Under the pieces are notes generated by a model that was given only the letters and a program-made list of their open reading frames with translations, did not search any database and was not told the origin of the DNA. Source: Tetramitus jugosus (Eukaryota > Protista > Heterolobosea). From it: a DNA stretch of 49,460 nucleotides. The translations under genes and the position numbers were made by a program. Position 1 is the first letter of the stretch. Each line of letters begins with the position of its first letter. This document shows positions 41,365-49,460 of the stretch, piece by piece. The stretch spans positions 1 to 49,460 of the forward strand of contig CALMHQ010000002.1 of assembly GCA_937625935.1 (NCBI GenBank), given 5' to 3'.

Positions 41365-41726
41365 TTTATTTAAACACTAGAGTAAATATTGCAGATAATT
41401 CTGGAGGTAAAATAGGTGAATGTATTAAAGTATTAAACTCTAAATTTGGTAAAGCACGTTTATCAAGCTTAATTGTTGTTGCTGTGAAAAAAGCAACAAA
41501 TAATAAAAAAATTAAATTGCATGATGTTCGTATTGGAGTAGTAATTAGAATGAAAAAATATGTTAGACGTAGTAGTGGTACACGTATTGCATTTGGTGAT
41601 AATGCAATAATATTAATAGATAAACGTGATAATCCTTATGGTAGTCGTCTATTCGGGCCAGTAGCAAGTGAGCTAGTAGTTAAAAAATACAATAAAATTG
41701 TATTTATGTGTTCAAGTATTCTATAA
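41361..41726 (+). CDS. rpl14: Ribosomal protein uL14
   Basis: ADNSGG, FGDNA, GSRLFGPV; ATGA overlap with rpl16. Confidence 0.97.
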   Translation: MIYLNTRVNIADNSGGKIGECIKVLNSKFGKARLSSLIVVAVKKATNNKKIKLHDVRIGVVIRMKKYVRRSSGTRIAFGDNAIILIDKRDNPYGSRLFGPVASELVVKKYNKIVFMCSSIL

Positions 41727-41741
41727 TATAAAAACAAAAAA

Positions 41742-42293
41742 ATGATATTATCAAATGAATTAAATAGTAATCAACATTTTAATTTTACTAGTAACTCTGA
41801 ACAATTAGGTATTAATAAACAACAAGATATTTTTAAAGTAAAAATTAACTTTACTTTAAAAAATATGGAACAAAATAGATTTATATTTATAGTTAATTTA
41901 TTACTATTAGAACGTGCTTCCGGGCAACGTATAGTTTTTATTAAGGAAAACACTAATTTTTCAAAATTATTACCTTTAAAAGTAGGATGTACTGTAACAT
42001 TGCGACAACATTCTTTATTAAATTTTATTAGAATGTTTATTATTTTCTCATTTCCTAAAATAAATCAAGAAATAGTAAATAGAAATTTAAAAGCTCGTAA
42101 ATATCAATTATTATCAATTAATTTTAATAAATTTTTATTTATTTCTATGTTTTCTTACTTTACTGATTTTGATAAATTTTTAATTCATTATGAAAATTTA
42201 ATATATAATTTTAATATTGAATTATACACTGGTTCTCATAAATTTACATTAAATAGATTAATATATAGTTTATATGGATTACAAACTTTATAA
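41742..42293 (+). CDS. rpl5: Ribosomal protein uL5
   Basis: SGQR, GCTVTLR; spc-operon order. Confidence 0.88.
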   Translation: MILSNELNSNQHFNFTSNSEQLGINKQQDIFKVKINFTLKNMEQNRFIFIVNLLLLERASGQRIVFIKENTNFSKLLPLKVGCTVTLRQHSLLNFIRMFIIFSFPKINQEIVNRNLKARKYQLLSINFNKFLFISMFSYFTDFDKFLIHYENLIYNFNIELYTGSHKFTLNRLIYSLYGLQTL

Positions 42294-42298
42294 TTTAA

Positions 42299-42607
42299 AT
42301 GGCTGGAGTATTATTAAAAAAAAAAAATTTAAAGATTAGGTACTATAAAGATCATAATTATATTAAGTATATAATTACTAATACATTATTAAAAGATAAT
42401 TATATAGATAAGGTAATTAGTTTAAAATATTTATTTGAGCATTCAAATAAATATTTTAAAGATTCAAGTATTACTAAAATAAAAAATAAATGCCTAATTT
42501 CAGGAAGAAATAGATCTGTTTTAAAAAAATTTAAATTATCAAGAATGTTTTTAAAAAATTTAGGTGTATGTGGTTATATTAATGGTTTAAGAAAAGCAAG
42601 TTGGTAA
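42299..42607 (+). CDS. rps14: Ribosomal protein uS14
   Basis: NKCLISGRNRS, LSR, KASW. Confidence 0.96.
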   Translation: MAGVLLKKKNLKIRYYKDHNYIKYIITNTLLKDNYIDKVISLKYLFEHSNKYFKDSSITKIKNKCLISGRNRSVLKKFKLSRMFLKNLGVCGYINGLRKASW

Positions 42608-42656
42608 CATATTCAAAAATCGTATACAATATATGTGAATATATTATACTAACTTT

Positions 42657-43034
42657 ATGATAAATTTTGCATCTATATTAAATCAAGCAATACAACACAA
42701 AAAAAATATATGTGTTATTCCTTTAACTAGAATAAATTTAGATATTTTAAAAATATTATATAATAATGGTTTTATTTATTCATACACTATGAATCAAAAA
42801 AATTTAAAGATAGTAGTTGCATTGAATATAGTAGGTGATATTAATACAATGAAAAAAATTAAAATTATTTCTAAGCCTAGTAAACCAATACACTATACAA
42901 TTAAGCAATTAAAAAATTGCATCATTAAAGAAGGTAGATTTTTTATATTATCTACTAGCAGTGGCATTATAAGCAGTGAGTCTGCATTAAAATTAAACAC
43001 TTCTGGTGAGGTTTGGATTGAAGTTATAAAGTAA
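42657..43034 (+). CDS. rps8: Ribosomal protein uS8
   Basis: GFI, ISKPS, ILSTSSGI, GEV. Confidence 0.95.
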   Translation: MINFASILNQAIQHKKNICVIPLTRINLDILKILYNNGFIYSYTMNQKNLKIVVALNIVGDINTMKKIKIISKPSKPIHYTIKQLKNCIIKEGRFFILSTSSGIISSESALKLNTSGEVWIEVIK

Positions 43035-43609
43035 TGATACATAACTATTGTTCTTTTTTATATTTTTTTCTGTATAATTATGTATATATTTATATTGAGC
43101 GTGGAAATATTATATGTGTTAGTAAATTAGGTAGTTTTAAATGTAAATTTAATTTATATTTTTTTTTATACAATAGTAATAGTTTATTTATTTTTAAATT
43201 TTTTTTAATTAATTCATTAATAATTTTTAATGACTTGAAACAATACACTAAAAATAAAATTAATTTTCAATTATTTATTTCTTTATTTTTAGTATCTATT
43301 TTTTCAGGTTTTAGAGCTAAGTTTAAAATACATGGTAGAGGTTACAAATTACATAAAAAAAATAATAATTTAGTTTTTAAATTAGGATATAGTCATTTAA
43401 TTTTTAAAACTTTAGATTTTGCTTTATTTTTAAAAAAAAAAGAAAAAAAAAAAGTTTTTTATACACTAATTTCCCTAAACCATCAATTGTTAACTAATAC
43501 TATTAGTACTTTTAGATCGTTTAGAATACCTAATATATATACTAAAAAAGGTATATTAAATAATACTAAAAAAATAATATTTAAAATTGGTAAGATTAAT
43601 ATGGTTTGA
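43034..43609 (+). CDS. rpl6: Ribosomal protein uL6
   Basis: GRGYK, LGYSH, PNIYTKKGI. Confidence 0.92.
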   Translation: MIHNYCSFLYFFLYNYVYIYIERGNIICVSKLGSFKCKFNLYFFLYNSNSLFIFKFFLINSLIIFNDLKQYTKNKINFQLFISLFLVSIFSGFRAKFKIHGRGYKLHKKNNNLVFKLGYSHLIFKTLDFALFLKKKEKKKVFYTLISLNHQLLTNTISTFRSFRIPNIYTKKGILNNTKKIIFKIGKINMV

Positions 43610-43633
43610 TTACTTATTAGTTCGTATTTTATT

Positions 43634-44134
43634 ATGTGTGATTACATTTTTTGTTTTTCACATCTAGAGGATAAACAAATGCAATTGTTAAAAACTGAAT
43701 TTTTTACTAAATATGGATATTTTATATTTTTTTTAACTCGTAAAAATTTTGATTCTTTTTTTAATATTGATCATATTAATTTAAAAAAAATATTAACTGG
43801 TAAATATTTATTAGTTAGAGGTGTTCATAATAAATCTTTAGGTATGGTTATTGATGAAATTAAATCATTGTTAATGTACGTAGATGGTAATTCTATGAAT
43901 TTATCATTTTTTTGTTTAAATTATAATAATAATTATTATTTTAATGATTTTTTTTTATTATCTAATAATTATAATGTAAAAAGTTTATATAATAATATAT
44001 TATTAAATATCAAACATTATAATTATTTAAATTTAATAATATATTATTATTCATTTTATTATTTTTTTTTTCGCATTTTTAGTTTGAATTCATTAATTGT
44101 TTTTAACGCTTTTATTAATCCAGTATATATATAA
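43634..44134 (+). CDS. orf166, possible ribosomal protein uL10
   Basis: [13 protein letters not shown]...KN recalls the uL10 N-terminus; size fits; TTGATTAC 28 nt upstream. Confidence 0.5.
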   Translation: MCDYIFCFSHLEDKQMQLLKTEFFTKYGYFIFFLTRKNFDSFFNIDHINLKKILTGKYLLVRGVHNKSLGMVIDEIKSLLMYVDGNSMNLSFFCLNYNNNYYFNDFFLLSNNYNVKSLYNNILLNIKHYNYLNLIIYYYSFYYFFFRIFSLNSLIVFNAFINPVYI

Positions 44135-44136
44135 TT

Positions 44137-44517
44137 ATGATTACTATTAATCAATTACTATTTGTGCATAAGAGAAAAAGTAAAAAAACTAAAACACATG
44201 TTCCTAGATTACAGAGTTGTCCACAAAAACGTGGTGTTGTTGTTAAGGTATTTGAACAAACACCTAGAAAACCAAATTCTGCAAAAAGAAAATGTGTTAG
44301 GGTTAAATTAAGTTCAGGTAAAAAAGTTTCATGTCATGTACCTGGTATTGGCCATAATTTACAACAACACTCTGTTGTTTTAGTACGTGGCGGTAGATGT
44401 CAAGATTTAATTGGTGTTAGATATAAACCAATTAGAGGTAAATTTGATTTATTAGCTGTTAAAGGTAGAATCACTAGAAGATCAAAATTTGGTTTAGGTA
44501 GTTTAAAAAAAAAGTAA
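44137..44517 (+). CDS. rps12: Ribosomal protein uS12
   Basis: [26 protein letters not shown]. Confidence 0.98.
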   Translation: MITINQLLFVHKRKSKKTKTHVPRLQSCPQKRGVVVKVFEQTPRKPNSAKRKCVRVKLSSGKKVSCHVPGIGHNLQQHSVVLVRGGRCQDLIGVRYKPIRGKFDLLAVKGRITRRSKFGLGSLKKK

Positions 44518-44584
44518 TGAATAAATAGATAATAATCATATATATATTATATAATAAATAATATTATTTATGCTGTAACATATG

Positions 44585-44656
44585 TTGCGTATAGCTCAGC
44601 GGTAGAGCAATTGACTTTTAATCAATTGGCCGTAAGTTCAAATCTTACTACGCACA
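44585..44656 (+). tRNA. trnK: tRNA-Lys(UUU)
   Basis: ATTGA-CTTTTAA-TCAAT; U1xC72. Confidence 0.93.
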
Positions 44657-44661
44657 TATGT

Positions 44662-44733
44662 TACAGTGTAGCCAAGTGGTAAGGCATACGGTTTTGGTCC
44701 GTATATACGTGGGTTCGATTCCTTCCACTGTAA
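44662..44733 (+). tRNA. trnQ: tRNA-Gln(UUG)
   Basis: TACGG-TTTTGGT-CCGTA, paired acceptor stem. Confidence 0.93.
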
Positions 44734-44746
44734 TTTAGTTTACTAG

Positions 44747-44766
44747 TCATGAGATTTATCTCATGA
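44747..44766. repeat. Perfect 9-bp inverted repeat between trnQ and rpl11
   Basis: TCATGAGAT-TT-ATCTCATGA. Confidence 0.75.
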
Positions 44767-44785
44767 AATTAATTATAAAATTATT

Positions 44786-45283
44786 ATGAAAAATAAAAAA
44801 AATATAATTGAACAAAAACAATCAGTAAAAACTCTTGAAGTTCTAGTAAAATTAAATATTAATTCTATGGAAGCTTCTAGTAAAGAACCTATCGGTCCTA
44901 CTTTAGGTCAGTATGGTTTACCTATTAATGATTTTTGTAATTTATTTAATAATTCTTCTACTATTTATGAAGAACAAGTACCTTTAAGGGCGCACATATA
45001 TATATACACAGATAAAACATTTGAATTAACAATCAATATTCCTACATTATATTATTTTTTAAAATCTTCTTTATCTTTAGAAGAAATAGATTTAATTAAA
45101 TTTAAAAGAAAACCTGGTTACATTGATTTAAGAACTATTTATTTGCCTATATTTAATAAAAATATGGTATATACAATACTTAAATATGTTACTGATAATC
45201 TTATATTTGTTATTAATTTAAAAAGTTTATTTAAGAAAATTCTTGGTATCATTTATTCTTCAGGTTTTTTTTTTTTTGCTTGA
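44786..45283 (+). CDS. rpl11: Ribosomal protein uL11
   Basis: PIGPTLGQYGL..DFCNLFN, YTDKTF. Confidence 0.94.
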   Translation: MKNKKNIIEQKQSVKTLEVLVKLNINSMEASSKEPIGPTLGQYGLPINDFCNLFNNSSTIYEEQVPLRAHIYIYTDKTFELTINIPTLYYFLKSSLSLEEIDLIKFKRKPGYIDLRTIYLPIFNKNMVYTILKYVTDNLIFVINLKSLFKKILGIIYSSGFFFFA

Positions 45284-45308
45284 TTACATTTGTTCTATCT
45301 AAGTCGTT

Positions 45309-46208
45309 TTGTTTGTTGGCTTTTTAGATAAAATTCATAGTAGTTTATTGCACTATTATCGAGAATTAAATCTTAAACGAATAAATTTAATAAATGAGAA
45401 ATTTATTAAATTTCCAAATACTGACGACTTTATTTGTTATCGTATTTTTAAATACGATAGTACTATTCGTGAAAAACCGTCAGTAGATACTTTCTTTTTG
45501 AGAGCACATGAACATGCACCAATGCTATTGGATACTTTAATATATTTAAAAGATATTAAAGATGATTCTTTAGCATTTAGACGTTCTTGTAGGGAAGGTA
45601 TTTGTGGTAGTTGTGCTATGAATATTAATGGAGTAAATGCATTAGCATGTACATATCGGATAGATCAACATGTATCATATATTTTTCCATTTTTAAATAT
45701 TTATCCATTGCCACATATGGTAATTGTTAAAGATTTAGTCATTGATATGAAACATTTTTATAATCAATATCGTTCTATTAATCCATTTTTAATTAAACCT
45801 TATGAAGTTAGGCTAATTTCAGATATTTCAAATAGTGTACATAATATTAGTGTATACGTTTCTAGACCAACTATTGAGAATTTGCAGTCAGATTCTGATA
45901 GACGTATGTTAAATGGTTTATATGAATGTATATTATGTGCTTGTTGTACAACAAGTTGTCCTAGTTATTGGTGGCACACTGAAAAATACTTAGGTCCTGC
46001 TGTATTATTACAGGCATATAGATGGATAATAGATTCTAGAGATTTATCATTTGAATCTAGATTAGAATTTTTGAATGATACTTATAAATTAAAAAGATGT
46101 CATTTAATATTAAATTGTATCAGATGTTGCCCTAAAAAATTAAGTCCTGCAACAGCTATATCTAACATTAAGTATATGATACACTTATATAATGTTGAAA
46201 AAGTATAA
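45309..46208 (+). CDS. sdh2: Succinate dehydrogenase iron-sulfur subunit (probable TTG start)
   Basis: RRSCREGICGSC, CILCACCTTSCPSYWW, CHLILNCIRCCPK. Confidence 0.98.
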   Translation: MFVGFLDKIHSSLLHYYRELNLKRINLINEKFIKFPNTDDFICYRIFKYDSTIREKPSVDTFFLRAHEHAPMLLDTLIYLKDIKDDSLAFRRSCREGICGSCAMNINGVNALACTYRIDQHVSYIFPFLNIYPLPHMVIVKDLVIDMKHFYNQYRSINPFLIKPYEVRLISDISNSVHNISVYVSRPTIENLQSDSDRRMLNGLYECILCACCTTSCPSYWWHTEKYLGPAVLLQAYRWIIDSRDLSFESRLEFLNDTYKLKRCHLILNCIRCCPKKLSPATAISNIKYMIHLYNVEKV

Positions 46209-46249
46209 AAATTATTTAAATTGACAACATTATATCTTATTTTTATTAT

Positions 46250-46798
46250 ATGAGCAAATATTTAATTTCATTATTACCAAATTATATATTTAATATTCAT
46301 AAAAAAGAATATTATTATATTACTACACATAAACAATATTTAAATAATTTATTGAGTTTTTTTTTTTTACATATGAATACTCAAGTTAAGATTTTTGTAG
46401 ATTTATGTACTATTGATTTAATTCAGAATAAAAGTAGATTTTTATTAGTGTATCAATTTTTATCCCATTATTTTCATAATCGATTTTTTATTAAAATTAA
46501 TTTCAGTGAAATAGATAGCGTATATTCTATTTGTTCATTATTTCCAAGTGCTTCTTGGTACGAACGAGAATCTTGGGATTTATTTGGTATAAATTTTATA
46601 GGTAATCCTGATATGCGACGTATACTTACAGATTATGGATTTCAAGGATTTCCATTGCGTAAAGATTTTCCACTAAGTGGTTTTGTAGAAGTATCTTATT
46701 GTGAAATGATTAAGAACATTAAATACTCTTCTATTAGTTTTATACAAGAATTTCGTTTATTTGATACTAAAAGCCCTTGGGAGTTTTATCATAAATAA
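46250..46798 (+). CDS. nad9: NADH dehydrogenase subunit 9
   Basis: WYERESWDLFG, RRILTDYGFQGFPLRKDFPL. Confidence 0.98.
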   Translation: MSKYLISLLPNYIFNIHKKEYYYITTHKQYLNNLLSFFFLHMNTQVKIFVDLCTIDLIQNKSRFLLVYQFLSHYFHNRFFIKINFSEIDSVYSICSLFPSASWYERESWDLFGINFIGNPDMRRILTDYGFQGFPLRKDFPLSGFVEVSYCEMIKNIKYSSISFIQEFRLFDTKSPWEFYHK

Positions 46799-46825
46799 CT
46801 GATTACTTCCCTGTTACATTTTTTA

Positions 46826-48352
46826 ATGTATTATAATCATAAATTAATATCTAATAATTTTCAAAAAATAGGAGCAACAATAAAAATTGTTGTTTTTTTT
46901 TTATTTAATATTTTAAATATACTAGATAGGTATTTAAATATTAGTAGTGTTTATAATTATTTTATAAAGATTCCAGTTCCTTTAATTATTTCTTGGATAT
47001 CACATATTTTTTTTAGTATTATTTGGATAATGTTTGATCCATTTCATTTAGGTTTTCAACATTGCATTCAAATAAATATTTATGATTTATATTTAAATTT
47101 TGGTATTGATGGATTGTCATTATTTTTTATATACCTTATTTCTTTTTTATTACCATTATGTTTAATACATATATATTATTCTAATAATTTAACTTTTTCA
47201 GCAAGAAGTTCTTATGGTGTTGCATTGTTAAGTATTAGTTTTTTATTGGTTATAGTATTTTATACTTTAGATTTATTAGTTTTTTATATTTTTTTTGAAG
47301 GTATTTTAATACCTTTTTTTGCATATATTGGTATATCTGGATATAAAAAACGAAGAGTACATGCTTCATTTTTATTTTTTTTCTATACTTTATTTGGATC
47401 ATTATTTATGTTGATTTCTATTTTTTCTATATATTTACATACTGGTACTACTGATTTAGAATTACTTTGGTTAAGTGAGTATAGTAGCATCAATGAACAT
47501 TTTATTTGGTTTGCTTTTTTTCTATCATTTGCTATTAAAGTACCGATGTTTCCTTTTCATATTTGGTTACCTGAAGCTCATGTAGAAGCCCCAACTGAAG
47601 GTTCTGTTTTTTTAGCTGCTATTTTATTAAAATTAGGAACTTATGGCTTTTTACGTTTTTTATTTCCTATTTTTCCAAATGCAACTTATTATTTTTCACC
47701 ATTAGTACTATTAATGGCTACTCTTTCTGTATTTTATACTTCTTTAACTACATTAAGACAAATAGATATAAAAAAAATTATAGCTTATTCTTCTGTAGCG
47801 CATATGAATGTATGTATGATTGGACTGTTTTCATTTCACATTACTTCTTTAAATGGTTCTATTTTTTTAATGATCGGACATGGTATCGTTTCAGCTGGTT
47901 TATTTTTTATGGTTGGTTTTTTATACAATAGATATCATAGTAAAATAATTAAATACTATAGTGGACTAGTTCAAACTATGCCACTATTTTCAATTTTTTT
48001 TTTCTTATTTTTATTAGGTAATATTAGTATGCCATTAACTAGTAACTTTATAGGTGAGTTATTAGTTATAATAGGAACTTTTAATTCTGAAAATTATATA
48101 CCTTTATTTTTTGTGGGTTTTAGTATTTTAATATGTTCTATATATTCTTTATGGTTATACAATAAAATGATTTTTTTAATGCCAAATAATAGATTTATTC
48201 AACATTACTTTGATCTTAATTTTTTAGAATTAAGTATAGTTTTACCACTAGTTCTATTTATGTTATTTTTAGGTATTTATCCAAATCCATTTTTTCAAAT
48301 AATTAATCCTGCGGTTAATTATAATTTTTTTGAATTATTAAGTATTCATTAA
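46826..48352 (+). CDS. nad4: NADH dehydrogenase subunit 4
   Basis: GIDGLS, HIWLPEAHVEAP, IAYSSVAHM, FIGE. Confidence 0.99.
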   Translation: MYYNHKLISNNFQKIGATIKIVVFFLFNILNILDRYLNISSVYNYFIKIPVPLIISWISHIFFSIIWIMFDPFHLGFQHCIQINIYDLYLNFGIDGLSLFFIYLISFLLPLCLIHIYYSNNLTFSARSSYGVALLSISFLLVIVFYTLDLLVFYIFFEGILIPFFAYIGISGYKKRRVHASFLFFFYTLFGSLFMLISIFSIYLHTGTTDLELLWLSEYSSINEHFIWFAFFLSFAIKVPMFPFHIWLPEAHVEAPTEGSVFLAAILLKLGTYGFLRFLFPIFPNATYYFSPLVLLMATLSVFYTSLTTLRQIDIKKIIAYSSVAHMNVCMIGLFSFHITSLNGSIFLMIGHGIVSAGLFFMVGFLYNRYHSKIIKYYSGLVQTMPLFSIFFFLFLLGNISMPLTSNFIGELLVIIGTFNSENYIPLFFVGFSILICSIYSLWLYNKMIFLMPNNRFIQHYFDLNFLELSIVLPLVLFMLFLGIYPNPFFQIINPAVNYNFFELLSIH

Positions 48353-48419
48353 TAATTTATATTTATTTTTCCTATGAACGTGATACATTTTTCATTTACT
48401 ATATATATAATATCTTATT

Positions 48420-48632
48420 ATGGCTGCTCCTAAAAAAAAAAAAACTCATATGAGAAAAAATATTAAATATAAAAAATCAAATAATGTATTATTAAATAGA
48501 GTATTTGGTTTTAAAATGCAAAAAAATCGATTTATGAACCATACTATTGATTATTTTACTAATAGTCAGCGTATTTCTCATGTAGATGAAAGTAGATTAA
48601 AACTTCGAACAGATGATGCAAGATTTAAATAG
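48420..48632 (+). CDS. rpl32: Probable ribosomal protein bL32
   Basis: MAAPKKKKT..RK N-terminus typical of bL32; no Zn-finger cysteines. Confidence 0.65.
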   Translation: MAAPKKKKTHMRKNIKYKKSNNVLLNRVFGFKMQKNRFMNHTIDYFTNSQRISHVDESRLKLRTDDARFK

Positions 48633-48666
48633 TTGACTACTTAAGAATCATATTATATTATATACT

Positions 48667-49460
48667 ATGAATGTTTCAATGGTTTATTTATTATTATTAC
48701 CAGAAATCTATTTTATTTTTGTAGTTTTATTTTTTTTAACATACACTACTATTGTTAATTTATCTAAGACTTACAATTTCCCTAATAACACTAAAAATTA
48801 TTTATTTTTTTTTATATTATCAATTATTAATATTATGTTATTATTATTTAATTACATTCATTTAGGTGAATTTAATATATTACAATATGTAAGAAAAGAT
48901 ACTTTTGTTTTTTTTTTACAGTTAATTACTTTATTTTTTACTGTATTATTATCATTTTTAATGTATGATTACATTAAAATCAATAAATTTAATCAGTTTG
49001 AACTGTATGTACTTTTTTTTTTTTCAGCTCTTAGTCTTTGTCTATTAGTTACTTGTAGCCATATGACTAGCTTATATTTAATTTTAGAATTACAAGGATT
49101 CAGTTTTTATATACTAACTGCTTATAATAAAAATAATCAATATTCTGTCGAATCTGGTTTAAAATATTATATATTAGGATCCTTTTCTTCTATTCTTTTA
49201 TTATTTGGTATATCTTTAGTTTATGGTTTTACTGGTTTACTTTCGTTTAAGGAAATTGAAATATTTTTAAATAATTTTGATTATTATATTAATAACATTA
49301 ATATACATTTAATATCTGCTAGTTTTATTTTTATATTAATAAGTTTTTTATTTAAATTATATGCAGCTCCTTTTCATTTATGGGTAAGTGATATATATCA
49401 AGGTGCTCCAATGATGGTAACTGCTTATTTTTCATCTGTTCCATTTATATCTGTATTTTT
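48667..49460 (+). CDS. nad2: NADH dehydrogenase subunit 2, 5' part (joins 1..691)
   Basis: LLPEI, YLILELQG, ESGLKYYILG, FKLYAAPFHLWVSDIYQGAP. Confidence 0.95.
   Translation, partial: MNVSMVYLLLLPEIYFIFVVLFFLTYTTIVNLSKTYNFPNNTKNYLFFFILSIINIMLLLFNYIHLGEFNILQYVRKDTFVFFLQLITLFFTVLLSFLMYDYIKINKFNQFELYVLFFFSALSLCLLVTCSHMTSLYLILELQGFSFYILTAYNKNNQYSVESGLKYYILGSFSSILLLFGISLVYGFTGLLSFKEIEIFLNNFDYYINNINIHLISASFIFILISFLFKLYAAPFHLWVSDIYQGAPMMVTAYFSSVPFISVF

Noticed and set aside
3944-41953. Short antisense ORFs at 3944, 7675, 21024, 29457, 34764, 40977 and 41771
   Set aside because: Each lies opposite a conserved gene or rnl and has no independent coding signal
37872-42623. AATCGT upstream of rpl2, rpl16 and rps8
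   Set aside because: Only 6 nt with variable spacing; cannot be distinguished from chance by eye

Overview
The window is an apparently complete, circular-mapping, very AT-rich protist mitochondrial genome: nad2 reads in frame across the 49460/1 junction. It uses the standard genetic code (trnW-CCA, TGA stops) and I saw no introns. It encodes about 45 proteins, rns, rnl and 20 tRNAs, all on the + strand except tatC. The gene set (atp1, atp3, cox11, tatC, sdh2, nad7/8/9/11, S10/spc-like r-protein cluster, no rpo genes) and size point to a heterolobosean (Discoba, Naegleria-like) mtDNA; this is an inference. Main signals: (1) an octamer TTGATTAC sits 27-30 nt upstream of 13 start codons, including two TTG starts, while the SSU rRNA has no anti-Shine-Dalgarno tail. 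This suggests a fixed-distance initiation or processing signal. (2) 14 of 20 tRNAs have acceptor-stem mismatches at positions 1-3, predicting 5' tRNA editing. (3) There are two unexplained structured non-coding elements: a GC-rich pseudoknot before atp6 and a multibranch fold before atp1. (4) Several small-subunit r-proteins are greatly expanded, and there are three ORFans. All coordinates and pairings were read by eye and no database searches were run.
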